This document shows positions 1 to 9,061 of a stretch of 64,000 nucleotides of DNA, in pieces. The notes beneath the pieces are model-generated. The model was not told where the DNA came from and ran no database searches. It worked only from the letters and a program-made list of their open reading frames with translations. Source of the DNA: Candidatus Sysuiplasma jiujiangense (GTDB lineage: Archaea; Thermoplasmatota; Thermoplasmata; Sysuiplasmatales; Sysuiplasmataceae); the NCBI GenBank assembly GCA_019721075.1, contig JAHEAD010000003.1, forward strand, positions 1 through 64,000, read 5' to 3'. Every line of letters starts with the position of its first letter. Position 1 is the first letter of the stretch. A program made the translations under genes and the position numbers.

Positions 1-460
1 CAATCATGTCGTATTCGCCGTCAACCGTGCCGTCTATCTGCAGTACCCATCTGCCGAGCAGCTGTTTGAGCCTGTCGCCGCCCTTCTCATGTATGTTTGC
101 AAAGACTTCAAGCGCTGTGCTGGAGAGGCGCCTGACATGCCTCTCCGATATGCCTATATCCAATGCGCGTGCAATCTCACTGCAGCTGCGGCCGCCAATG
201 AAGCGCATTGTCGCCGCTGACGCCATCACATCATTGGCATAGGTGCAGTGCCCGTTGACAATGTTTTTCAGCCTCCCGGAACGGAAGACAATGCGGGGGT
301 GGCCATTCCCGCATTGTCTCATGTGCTCGACAGCGACGAAGCAGCCCATATCCGCCGATCTGACGTTCCTTCTCTTCGTCTTGTACGCCAGGAGTTCGGA
401 CGAGCACACCGTGCATTCAGTGGACTCCGTGGTGAAGTGCAGTTCCACCAACAGAATCAC
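1..460 (-). CDS. Transposase, N-terminal part (runs off the window)
   Basis: Not in the ORF track. GTG at 460 overlaps the upstream stop (GTGA). My translation gives a CxxC...C..H zinc-finger-like N-terminus, an HTH (RSCSEIARALDIGISERHVRRL) and WVLQIDGT, the first Asp of a DDE/RNase H core. Confidence 0.75.
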   Translation of the reverse strand, partial: MILLVELHFTTESTECTVCSSELLAYKTKRRNVRSADMGCFVAVEHMRQCGNGHPRIVFRSGRLKNIVNGHCTYANDVMASAATMRFIGGRSCSEIARALDIGISERHVRRLSSTALEVFANIHEKGGDRLKQLLGRWVLQIDGTVDGEYDMI

Positions 461-771
461 TTGAATCTGAGCAGCAGCTTCTTCAGTTTCATGTCATTCT
501 CAATGATGATCTTCGTGATGGGCCACACATCTGTCTCCACGCCCATCTTCTTCAGTATGCGCTGCATCTCGACATCCGTCAGTTCCGTGTCTATGAGCCT
601 CCGCACATACGGGAGGAGCTGCTCGGGTGTCAGCTCCTGTATGGACTTCGGACTCTTTCCGAGATAGCCCACATATTTCATCACGACCTTGCCGCCAACC
701 CTCTTTGCATCCCACAGTTCGTAGTACTCCCTGCCTGCCTTCGTCCTTCTCTTCTTCGGATATACGGTCAT
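457..771 (-). CDS. IS accessory protein resembling the N-terminus of IS1634-like transposases
   Basis: KKRRTKAGREYYELWDAKRVGGKVVMKYVGYLGK motif; translationally coupled to the transposase. Confidence 0.6.
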   Translation of the reverse strand: MTVYPKKRRTKAGREYYELWDAKRVGGKVVMKYVGYLGKSPKSIQELTPEQLLPYVRRLIDTELTDVEMQRILKKMGVETDVWPITKIIIENDMKLKKLLLRFK

Positions 772-774
772 AAC

Positions 775-790
775 AGTAGTATATACTACT
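775..790. promoter_or_regulatory. Perfect 16-bp palindrome AGTAGTATATACTACT, possible operator
   Basis: Lies 3 bp upstream of the ATG of the IS accessory ORF. Confidence 0.5.
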
Positions 791-921
791 AACTATTTAG
801 ACTCTTCGGTCCGAGCACACTGGCAATTCAAAAATCGAATCAAAAACGCTTATTTTCCTAACCCTTTATGGCCGCCATAGGTGTCGACATAGGGTTGAAA
901 TACTCGATCAGATGCTCAGAG

Positions 922-2580
922 ATGATTGCGATGACGATCAAGCAGCCCGAGATTCAATCTAAGAAGTATCATCACTTGATTTCAGACATAGAGCAAGGTT
1001 ACCTGAAAATCCCCAAATTCCAGCGCGACTTCGTTTGGAAGGTTGACCAAGCAGCATCCCTGATTGACAGTGTGCTAAAGGGCTATCCGATCGGTACGTT
1101 CATTCTTTGGAAGACTCGAGAAGAGCTTCGCCATTACAAGGAGATCGGAAAAGCCAAACTCCCCGAAGTTCCGAAAGGAGATGCAGTCACGTATGTCTTA
1201 GACGGCCAGCAACGTATAACGGCCCTCTTTGCAACTCGCATGGGTCTGAGAGTGGACCGCGAAGGAAAGAAGATAGACTTTGGCTCAATCTTTGTCGACC
1301 TCTCGCTAGACCCCCAAACCAGCGATTCTCTTACCACGACTGAGCATGACGTGGGTAACCTCATTTCCGTGAAGGATCTCTTGACTGGGTCTATATCCGA
1401 CTTTGCTGGTTCTTATCCGAAGCGCGATCTTGAGAGGATCGACCTCTACAGATCCCGTCTCACTGGTTATGACTTCTCGACAGTTGTAATATCTGACCAC
1501 CCGATTGATGTTGCGGTCGATGTGTTTACCCGCATCAACACTGCCGGCACGGAGCTCACACTCTTTGAGATAATGGTCGCCAAGACGTATGATGAGACCA
1601 GACGTTTTGACTTGGCGGAACGGTACAACCTTCTGGTTGAGGGCGATGGATTCGAGACCAAATGTCTCAGGGACGCAGGATTCGAAACTATCCATGACAT
1701 AACCGTACTTCAATGTATTTCGGTTTGTCTTTCCAAAGAGGCTCGCAGGGAGACCATCCTCAAACTCGAGAAGACCAAATTCATAGACTCTTGGGACGAT
1801 GTTGTAGATGGAATATTCTCGGCAGTGGACTACATTTCGACCAAGTTTAGAATTCCCGTCTCTGGCCTTCTTCCCTACGATTCACTATTAGTTCCATTTA
1901 CCTATTTCTTCACACAAATGAAAGGAAATCATCCATCTGCGGCCCAAGACAAGCTCCTCTCTCAATATTTCTGGCGAGCTGCCCTGTCGGGGAGATTTAC
2001 ATCAGCCACGGAAACCAAGTTAGGGGCTGACGTTAAGAGAATGGATCTTATCCTCAATGAAACGACTCCGGACTATTCGGACTATGATCCCATCGAGATC
2101 GATGTTGATTCTCTCAAACAGACCTACTTCTCGGCGGGGGAGAGTTTCTCCAAGGCGATCTTATGTCTTTACGCCTATTTTGAGCCAAAATCATTTCGTA
2201 ACGACTCGAAGGTCAAGCTTGACAACTCTTGGCTAAAGATAAGTACGAGCAAGAATTTCCATCACTTTTTCCCTAAGGCTTTCTTGAGAACGCAAACTTT
2301 ACCCAGTGGGAAACACTGGGACGACTGGGAAATGAATGTCGTCCCGAACATCACCTTAGTCGACGATTATCTTAACAAGCGTGACATTGGCGCCAAGCCC
2401 CCAAGCAAGTACATTCGGGCCTTTGCCAAGACTAACCCACGCCTCGAATCAACACTGAAGAGCCATCTTATCGGTGACCTTGGGGAGTTTGGAGTCTTGA
2501 ATGATGACTACGAGAAGTTTCTTACAAAGCGGTCAGAGTTAATTTCAGACGCACTGAATGCGCGAATCAACCCTCCGTAG
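922..2580 (+). CDS. DUF262 (GmrSD-like ParB/NTPase) protein with HNH-like C-terminus; putative defence nuclease
   Basis: IPKFQRDFVW, YVLDGQQR and VFTRINTAG motifs; C-terminal NFHHFFP...NITLV...N. Start uncertain (868, 922 or 931). Confidence 0.85.
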   Translation: MIAMTIKQPEIQSKKYHHLISDIEQGYLKIPKFQRDFVWKVDQAASLIDSVLKGYPIGTFILWKTREELRHYKEIGKAKLPEVPKGDAVTYVLDGQQRITALFATRMGLRVDREGKKIDFGSIFVDLSLDPQTSDSLTTTEHDVGNLISVKDLLTGSISDFAGSYPKRDLERIDLYRSRLTGYDFSTVVISDHPIDVAVDVFTRINTAGTELTLFEIMVAKTYDETRRFDLAERYNLLVEGDGFETKCLRDAGFETIHDITVLQCISVCLSKEARRETILKLEKTKFIDSWDDVVDGIFSAVDYISTKFRIPVSGLLPYDSLLVPFTYFFTQMKGNHPSAAQDKLLSQYFWRAALSGRFTSATETKLGADVKRMDLILNETTPDYSDYDPIEIDVDSLKQTYFSAGESFSKAILCLYAYFEPKSFRNDSKVKLDNSWLKISTSKNFHHFFPKAFLRTQTLPSGKHWDDWEMNVVPNITLVDDYLNKRDIGAKPPSKYIRAFAKTNPRLESTLKSHLIGDLGEFGVLNDDYEKFLTKRSELISDALNARINPP

Positions 2581-2782
2581 TCTGCGGAGGCACTGTCCAT
2601 ACTCGTTTGCAAACTCACTTACATGCCATACCATCAAATAGGCTGAGTCATCCTTACTTCGGATCTTTGTTTACAATGAAGAAGGAAAAGAGTTTTGAGT
2701 CACGCTACTAGTCATATGGAGAAATGGGATAAATAGCAGGCCATGCACTATCCGGCCTCAATTGAATTCTTTATCAACGGAC

Positions 2783-2820
2783 GTAAACGCACCAAAGGGG
2801 CCGAATCCCTCCACGCCCGC
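2783..2820 (+). repeat. att-like cassette junction 1 (GTAAACGC-N11 plus tRNA 3' fragment)
   Basis: GTAAACGC-N11-CGAATCCCTCCACGCCCGC; same layout at 3725 and 4710. Confidence 0.8.
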
Positions 2821-2969
2821 CATGTTAAGGCAGCTGTCGACCTATTGGTTCCGCTGCTGTTTTGAGTCAAGGGTTCCAGCCCTTTTGATCCCACGTCTCC
2901 ATTCCACAACTTGACTTGGGAAAGGAGCGAGCACTGCGTGCTGACAAAATATGAGCTGTCCTGATACCG

Positions 2970-3371
2970 TCAAAAACTCAGCATTTCGAGATTTGTTTCC
3001 TTTTCAATGACTGCAAAGTGCCTGATGTCGTTGGTCAATATTACACATCCGCTATTCAGGGCCTGTGCTGCTATGAGTATGTCCATATCGGGAACTCTCC
3101 CGCCCTTTAATGAAAGCCTTGCCATCATATCAGAAGCAGTTCTTGAGTCGTCATGAGTAAAAGGCAATGTTGCTGCATTGTTGAAAAACGCGCTAACCTC
3201 CTTATAATGGGATTTCAGGCTTTTCCCTTCTGAAAACCTTTCGCCCATCAATACTTCGTATGCGCATAATGAGCCAGTATAGATCTCGTCTGCCTTTTCA
3301 ATTGCAAGAAGGACCTTGGTGTTGTTGGCAAACAACTCTATTATAGCCGAAGAATCGAGAAACAGTTTCAC
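2970..3371 (-). CDS. vapC: VapC PIN-domain toxin
   Basis: LFLDSS...E...DILIAAQAL...LTND PIN motifs. Confidence 0.9.
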   Translation of the reverse strand: MKLFLDSSAIIELFANNTKVLLAIEKADEIYTGSLCAYEVLMGERFSEGKSLKSHYKEVSAFFNNAATLPFTHDDSRTASDMMARLSLKGGRVPDMDILIAAQALNSGCVILTNDIRHFAVIEKETNLEMLSF

Positions 3372-3574
3372 AGTCTCGCCTTGAGACCACTTCTTACCTT
3401 CAACACTGCCTTATGCAGTTCCAGAGCTTCATTCCTGTCGATCAAACCCGCGAATTTCAAAATGGACACTTTGTTGGTCTGCTTTGTGCTATCAGCCAGC
3501 TCAGAGAGAAGTTCGGAAAAGCTCTTGTTTCCCTTGATTCTAATGAGTTTTTCGTAGGCCTGGTCGTTGATCAT
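3368..3574 (-). CDS. vapB: VapB (DUF217-like) antitoxin
   Basis: (KTI)MINDQAYEKL...KSFSELL...FAG; overlaps the toxin start by 4 nt. Confidence 0.85.
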   Translation of the reverse strand: MINDQAYEKLIRIKGNKSFSELLSELADSTKQTNKVSILKFAGLIDRNEALELHKAVLKVRSGLKARL

Positions 3575-3606
3575 AATTGTCTTAATATTACCACCTTAGT
3601 GTTATA

Positions 3607-3646
3607 TGTATACAATCTGTATACAGTCTGTATACAATCTGTATAT
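3607..3646. repeat. 11-bp tandem repeat TGTATACA(A/G)TC, about 3.5 copies; likely TA operator array
   Basis: Seen directly in the vapB promoter; each unit holds the palindrome TGTATACA. Confidence 0.7.
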
Positions 3647-3724
3647 TTAGCTATCCCTCTTTATTCCCGCAAAACAGTCCTCTTCGAAATTCGGAAAGAG
3701 GGGAGGAGCCTGAAAGGATACGAT

Positions 3725-3762
3725 GTAAACGCGCTTCTTGAGTCGAGTCCCACCACGCCCGC
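3725..3762 (+). repeat. att-like cassette junction 2
   Basis: GTAAACGC-N11-CGAGTCCCACCACGCCCGC. Confidence 0.8.
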
Positions 3763-4003
3763 TCTGTTCAGGCGCGCGCCCGTTTATTTCTTCGATTTCC
3801 CCTTCGAGTCGAAAGGCATAATTCAGTCCTTACTTTCCGCTTAGGAGAGTCGTCTTCTAAAAAGATTGGATGTTGCCTGTTTCGATCCTGTCAGTAGTCT
3901 TCTGTTGCCCAAACACAGAATCCAGCCTGCCAGAAAACCGGACCGTGCGTTCGGCAGGCCCATGCCAAGTGATATAAGTGTGTGCACACATACACATACT
4001 TGT

Positions 4004-4237
4004 ATGGCAACGAAAAATATCTCCATCACAAATGAAGCATACGAGTCACTGAAACGAGAAAGGAGGGGGAATGAAAGTTTCACTGAAGTCATCCTCAGAT
4101 TGGCCCATACGAGGGGCAGCCTGTCAGATTGCTTTGGGATCTGGAAGCTGACAGATCATGAGGAGACCAAAATCAATATGGAGCTGTCGAAGGGATGGCA
4201 AGCGATGAGGGAGAGGATCAGGAATGAAGTGCCTTGA
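4004..4237 (+). CDS. vapB: VapB (DUF217-like) antitoxin
   Basis: MATKNISITNEAYESLKRERRGNESFTEVILRL; palindrome GTGTGCACAC upstream. Confidence 0.9.
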   Translation: MATKNISITNEAYESLKRERRGNESFTEVILRLAHTRGSLSDCFGIWKLTDHEETKINMELSKGWQAMRERIRNEVP

Positions 4238-4616
4238 CACAGACTTCCTGATAGCCATCCTGAGAGGGAAACCTGAGGCAAGGGGCAAGCTCAGAGAGCT
4301 GGATGACGAGGGTAGGCAGGCAACCACGATAGTAAACTCGTTCGAGCTCTTCTATGGCGCTCACCGCTCAAGGGATAAGAAAGGAAGCGTACGGAAGGTG
4401 AAGAATCTTCTGGAAAGACTTGACGTACTTCCACTGAGCATGGAATCTTCGGAGCGGGCGGGAGAAAACTCGGCTTACCTGGCTTCACAGGGGGAATCTG
4501 TCGACTTTCGAGATGCCATGATAGCTGCTGTTGCAGTATCGAATGGTCTTACGCTGGTAACAAACAATAAGAACCATTTCTCACGCTTCCAAGACTTGGA
4601 ACTTGAATCATGGTGA
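4224..4616 (+). CDS. vapC: VapC PIN-domain toxin
   Basis: CLDTDFLI...EL...DAMIAA...LVTNN.NHF. Confidence 0.92.
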   Translation: MKCLDTDFLIAILRGKPEARGKLRELDDEGRQATTIVNSFELFYGAHRSRDKKGSVRKVKNLLERLDVLPLSMESSERAGENSAYLASQGESVDFRDAMIAAVAVSNGLTLVTNNKNHFSRFQDLELESW

Positions 4617-4709
4617 AGGACAATGAGCGGAAGTTTCTCCACGAGAAGTGTTCACTTCATTCACAGACTTCGGCTCCGCTGGACAAATGCATCTCAAGCG
4701 TGACACTGT

Positions 4710-4747
4710 GTAAACGCATTAAGAGAACCGAATCCCGCCACGCCCGC
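4710..4747 (+). repeat. att-like cassette junction 3
   Basis: GTAAACGC-N11-CGAATCCCGCCACGCCCGC. Confidence 0.8.
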
Positions 4748-4835
4748 TGGGCAATGTACGGAGTCCGGGATTCGACAGACTGCTACCTGGCCAATTGCAG
4801 CGATCTGTACAGAAAACAGTATGGAATCGATACGG

Positions 4836-5279
4836 TCAAAACAAGAGGCAATGATCTTCAATCTGCTCTTGCCGTTCCGGATGCAGTTTATAACCCAGTG
4901 TCCTGAAATCGGAATCGAATGCGAACACGTCAGTTATCCCGAGAGCGTCCATGGCTACTGAACTTGAGCAGTCTGCAAAACTCAGCATCCTGTCTTTGAA
5001 TCTGAGGAGCTTTTCCAGTGCGAGGGAAAAGTCGTTCTCGCCAATCCGGAGGGTCTTCACGTTTGAGCTCTGAGCGACAGACCCGGCAAAGCGCGCGGCC
5101 AATTCCGTTCCCTTCCTGATCCTCAACAGGGTATATGTTTCTGCAAGAACGTAATCCGTTGTGATCATCTTACCGAATTCGCCGGACGATATGGCTTCGA
5201 GGAAAGCTATTGCAGGAGCATGGTTGATGTTGTCGGCCACGGCGAGAGCATACCATGCGCCAGTGTCGGCGAATATCAT
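4836..5279 (-). CDS. vapC: VapC PIN-domain toxin
   Basis: IFADTGAWYAL...LSFADCSS...FAFDSDF. Confidence 0.9.
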   Translation of the reverse strand: MIFADTGAWYALAVADNINHAPAIAFLEAISSGEFGKMITTDYVLAETYTLLRIRKGTELAARFAGSVAQSSNVKTLRIGENDFSLALEKLLRFKDRMLSFADCSSSVAMDALGITDVFAFDSDFRTLGYKLHPERQEQIEDHCLLF

Positions 5280-5514
5280 TTTTGCAGCCGTAAATTATGA
5301 TATCATTATCAGTCGATGTCTTTTCCTTCCTGCCTGCCTTTCCTGTCATTGGAAACGCCCTGAAAAATGGATCTTTAACATCAACATTGTCTGAGAGCAA
5401 ATGCGATTTCAGTGCTTCTCTTATGACTTCCTGCAGGGTCTTGTGCTCGTCAGTGGCCCTCTTTTTCAGGAGAAGATGCTCCGCTTCTGGAATCTCGGCC
5501 TGAACTAGTTTCAT
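5170..5514 (-). CDS. RHH/CopG-like antitoxin; stop apparently lost, so it reads into the toxin
   Basis: MKLVQAEIPEAEHLLLKKRA...TLQEVIREAL; directly upstream of the PIN gene. Confidence 0.7.
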   Translation of the reverse strand: MKLVQAEIPEAEHLLLKKRATDEHKTLQEVIREALKSHLLSDNVDVKDPFFRAFPMTGKAGRKEKTSTDNDIIIYGCKNDIRRHWRMVCSRRGRQHQPCSCNSFPRSHIVRRIR

Positions 5515-5644
5515 AATTAATGAACCATTTTCCACATATCTCAATATATTGGAGTTACTGAAAAACCGGCTGCCAAAGCACCGGGCCGGTTTGCAATTTT
5601 CAACATTGTTTGCCTTCCAGTCGCACAGGGATTGTGCCACCTTA

Positions 5645-6640
5645 TCAGAAATTGCGAATCAGAAGTTCAAGAGCGCCGGTCCGGCCGGAACCGTTGCAGT
5701 TTATTGCACGCAGGGCCTTCAATTTTTCATAGTAATAATTATGTCCCGCAGGTCTCGTCCTGTCGAAGAGCCTTTTGACGAAAGCCGAATCAGCATTGCT
5801 CACAACAACCTTGCAGCCTCTTTCCGTTAGTATGCTGACAATCTCAGCAAGCCTTGCCTGATCGGCTCCGGTAAACAGAGAGGCGTTGTAACCTGTAAAA
5901 CCCCTGTTGCTGTCAGAGTAGTAAGGCGGATCGAGATAAACAAAATCGTTCTTTCCTGCATTCTGAAGAAGTACTTCGGCATAATCACGCCGAAGCAACT
6001 CGATCCCCTCCCTGTTCAATAGGGCATGAATATTCCTGAGGTTCTTTTCATGGAACAGTGTAACGTCCGGGTAGTCCCCGTAAGGGACGTTGAACTCCCC
6101 TTTGCTGTTGACCCTGTACAGGCCGTTGAATGAGGTCTTATTCAGGAAAATAAACCATGCGGCCCTTTCGACAGGACTGGACTCAAGACCGGGCGGTAGT
6201 GAGCGGATACTGGTATAGAATAATTTTTTGTCTGATCTGCTGTTACGAATAGCCCTGAAATCCCTTTGAAGTCCTGTGAGCTGCCCGATGAGGTTGCCCA
6301 AATCATCGCGTATCACCTCATATGCGTTGATCAGATCGGCATTCAAATCAGAGACTGTTGCCTTCAGGGATGGTTTCAGGTACGCCAGGTGAAAAAAGAC
6401 GGATCCGCCACCCAGGAAGGGCTCAAAATAGCGATTGAAGGATTTCGGAAAATAGCACTCCAGGCGCCTGATGAGCTGAGTTTTGCCCCCTGCCCACTTT
6501 ACAAACGGAGTGCACTTCGGCACATCATGAGGAATGCGGTGCGTCGCCCTGCCACGGCGGCTGCTCATTGCCGGGACCGAAGCATGGAGCAATCTGGTTC
6601 CGCCTGACATCGAATCTTTACTCCCCGGGATAACTCGCAC
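5645..6640 (-). CDS. dam: Dam-family (D12 class) N6-adenine DNA methyltransferase
   Basis: PFVKWAGGK, YFEPFLGGG, FNGLYRVN and FVYLDPPY; true start may be near 6568. Confidence 0.92.
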   Translation of the reverse strand: MRVIPGSKDSMSGGTRLLHASVPAMSSRRGRATHRIPHDVPKCTPFVKWAGGKTQLIRRLECYFPKSFNRYFEPFLGGGSVFFHLAYLKPSLKATVSDLNADLINAYEVIRDDLGNLIGQLTGLQRDFRAIRNSRSDKKLFYTSIRSLPPGLESSPVERAAWFIFLNKTSFNGLYRVNSKGEFNVPYGDYPDVTLFHEKNLRNIHALLNREGIELLRRDYAEVLLQNAGKNDFVYLDPPYYSDSNRGFTGYNASLFTGADQARLAEIVSILTERGCKVVVSNADSAFVKRLFDRTRPAGHNYYYEKLKALRAINCNGSGRTGALELLIRNF

Positions 6641-6830
6641 CGTCCTCAGGAAACTTTTCGGTATATTCAGTCTTATCCCTGACTGCGGTTTGCGGCATCG
6701 GCAGCAGGAGCGGCCTGCCTCTGTTCCTCAAATATCATATTCCGCTCAGCCGGTCTCCTGCCGCCTGGTATTACCGTTCAACACCACCGGACAGACTCGT
6801 TCTGCCTGAATGCATCCCGACAGTATGCCG

Positions 6831-6971
6831 TTAAACCATGGCATCGTGCATCAGCCCGTCGGAGAACCGGACATGCTCGCACCTGCAGAACGCGGGGAAT
6901 TGCCCGCATGTGGGGCAGGCTCCGACGCTGTCCGTGGGCCTTCCGCACTTACAGAACCTGGCATGAGGCAT
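6831..6971 (-). CDS. 46-aa Cys-rich micro-protein, putative metal binder
   Basis: Not in the ORF track. MPHARFCKCGRPTDSVGACPTCGQFPAFCRCEHVRFSDGLMHDAMV with GGTG upstream. Confidence 0.55.
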   Translation of the reverse strand: MPHARFCKCGRPTDSVGACPTCGQFPAFCRCEHVRFSDGLMHDAMV

Positions 6972-7189
6972 TTACCGCACCGGCTTTGCTGTATCTGTTA
7001 ATGGCCTTTCGAAATGATTAACTTTTTCGTTCTACCTGCATTGCCCCTTAATTAGGCTGCTTCCCGTTTGCAGGGCAAAAACAATGCTGTGAAAATGATC
7101 TGCCGAATTTCAGAATAATGCCAGTCCGGAAGCGAAACTGCAGAGGAGCACGGCCATGTCAGGCTGCTGGGGGCAAATGACGCAGCATG

Positions 7190-8653
7190 TCAGTCCATCA
7201 GGACATAAAAGTCGAGAAACCGGTTTGGGCTGGAAAAGAGCGGAAGCGGCGAATACTCCCATGAATGGTTTCTTGACCTCATTATGAAGACGCGCATCTC
7301 ATCTGCCGTGTTCAGATTGCTGTAGGCAACCCGAAGCGCTGCCAAAAGCGACTCTCTCTTCTCGGCGAACAGCCTCTTCAGCGAAGTGAACGGAAGGGCA
7401 AGTCTGTTCTCGAAGCAGGACTTAACCGTCTCCACCGCATCCGGTCCCCGCGTTGAACCGTTCATGACATCCATCAGCAGCGGGTAATGCAGTGAAATGT
7501 AGAAATTGTTCTCCTCACAGAGGAGCGCAGCACGATAATCCGGATACTGCCTGAACACTTCGGAATTTAGCAGGAGCGGAGTTCCGATTTCGCCCTTTTC
7601 GGGATAGTCGAGGCTCTTCACAAAATCGTCATATGCAGCAACAGCCGAACGAAGCGAAGGAAGCAGGAGCGTCTGCGAGCCATGCCGTTCAGAGAATTTC
7701 TTCACGACGGCCGCCATAATCTTCCTTCTGCGTATTATGTCCGACTTCATCGATGCGGCCTGATCGTCGGGAATGAACTTCAGCAGGCTGTTGAGGTTGA
7801 AAGAATTTGCATGCCTTATCAGTGTGCACTCCATCAGTTTACCTGAAGGCAGATCCGCTCCGTTCTTCAGCCTGACGGAAAATTCCTCGTTTGACACGGC
7901 ATCGGTGAAGAGGGCGCTATTTTTCCTGAAACGTGAAATTGTGAAGAGCGAATTTCTCTGGTTCAGGACGCTTTCAAAGATCGGTCTCACCCTGTCGCTC
8001 ATGAGCCGCCTGAATTCGGCAAAATACCATTCAGGCGGAAGAAGCTCGACGGCAGGAAGGACAAACCTGGAATTGAACCACTGGAGAAATTCCATTTCCC
8101 TGACAGCAGGATCGGCAAGAGCCCTGACCTGCTCCTCCCCGGAATACATACCGTCAAACCTCTTTCCGGCGCTTTCCGCAGTTCCCGGGAAAACAAGGGA
8201 GGAGGCCCTGTAAATCTCCGCTTCGGCCTGAAAATGACTGTTTATGGAGGCATAGATGCTCCTTTCCTTCAGAATTCTCGAATAGCTGTCGAGAAGCATC
8301 GGCCTGAATACAGGATAGTTCCTGATTACCATCTCATCCAGGTATCTGTGGCCCTTTTCGGATGCTTCATTCAGGAGATCCAGCAGCTTTTTAAGGGCTT
8401 CCTTCGCAGCCTCCGGAGAAAAAGAGTGTTTCTGTATCTTCGTCCCGAAAAGTAGCTTTACGAGATTGTCTGCGAGTGTGTCCCTGCCTGCAGGCGTATA
8501 ACCGCTGTCCAGCGCGTTTTCAACGGACGACCTGATTTCATTTTCAGAAATCTTCTGTGTGTTCTGAAAATACACGTAGAGCACAAACTCTGCAAGCAGC
8601 AGGGGATCTGCGGAAAGTGCAGCGTCAAGGTCGGCCGGCTTTTCCTGAGGCAT
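7190..8653 (-). CDS. Hypothetical protein
   Basis: Long ORF of about 487 aa; family not recognised. Confidence 0.75.
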   Translation of the reverse strand: MPQEKPADLDAALSADPLLLAEFVLYVYFQNTQKISENEIRSSVENALDSGYTPAGRDTLADNLVKLLFGTKIQKHSFSPEAAKEALKKLLDLLNEASEKGHRYLDEMVIRNYPVFRPMLLDSYSRILKERSIYASINSHFQAEAEIYRASSLVFPGTAESAGKRFDGMYSGEEQVRALADPAVREMEFLQWFNSRFVLPAVELLPPEWYFAEFRRLMSDRVRPIFESVLNQRNSLFTISRFRKNSALFTDAVSNEEFSVRLKNGADLPSGKLMECTLIRHANSFNLNSLLKFIPDDQAASMKSDIIRRRKIMAAVVKKFSERHGSQTLLLPSLRSAVAAYDDFVKSLDYPEKGEIGTPLLLNSEVFRQYPDYRAALLCEENNFYISLHYPLLMDVMNGSTRGPDAVETVKSCFENRLALPFTSLKRLFAEKRESLLAALRVAYSNLNTADEMRVFIMRSRNHSWEYSPLPLFSSPNRFLDFYVLMD

Positions 8654-9061
8654 GATACAACATGAGGGCCAGTTTGCGGTCATTAATTAACATTTGCGGA
8701 GAAACGGCTGCAGAATGCACGCCCTGGATTGAAGGGGAATAAATTCCCATGCCCTTATGTGCCTGCGTTCCGGCCTGCGTGTTTGACTGCCTGCAGCAGC
8801 GTGCAGGAGTCGGCCATCAATGCGGAGGCACAACTGCGGCCATCGCTTTGCCATGGGACGGGACGCTGTCTATGCACAGTGAAATCAGCGCAGAACTCAC
8901 TCAATTGCACAGGAAGAGCATTTCGGACATGAAAGGCCTCCTTCCCGGCCTGCACGTGAATGCAGGCCCGTGAAATAACATGGACCTGCGGCGGGTGTCG
9001 GATTCCGGATGCCGGAGCGCATTAGAAAACTTGCGGCCGGATCGTGCAGAGTTCCGGGCGC

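Larger units (their letters stand above)
1..823 (-). mobile_element. Two-ORF insertion sequence, partial
   Basis: Two coupled ORFs. The putative end CCAGTGTGCTCGGAC near 823 is inferred from a composition change; the other end is outside the window. Confidence 0.5.

Noticed and set aside
2783..4747. CRISPR interpretation of the recurring junction repeats (also 51435-54331)
   Set aside because: The spacing is about 1 kb with whole genes between copies, the copies are degenerate, and there are no cas genes
8729..8973. Short Cys-containing ORFs
   Set aside because: Three competing frames with no motif or RBS favouring one
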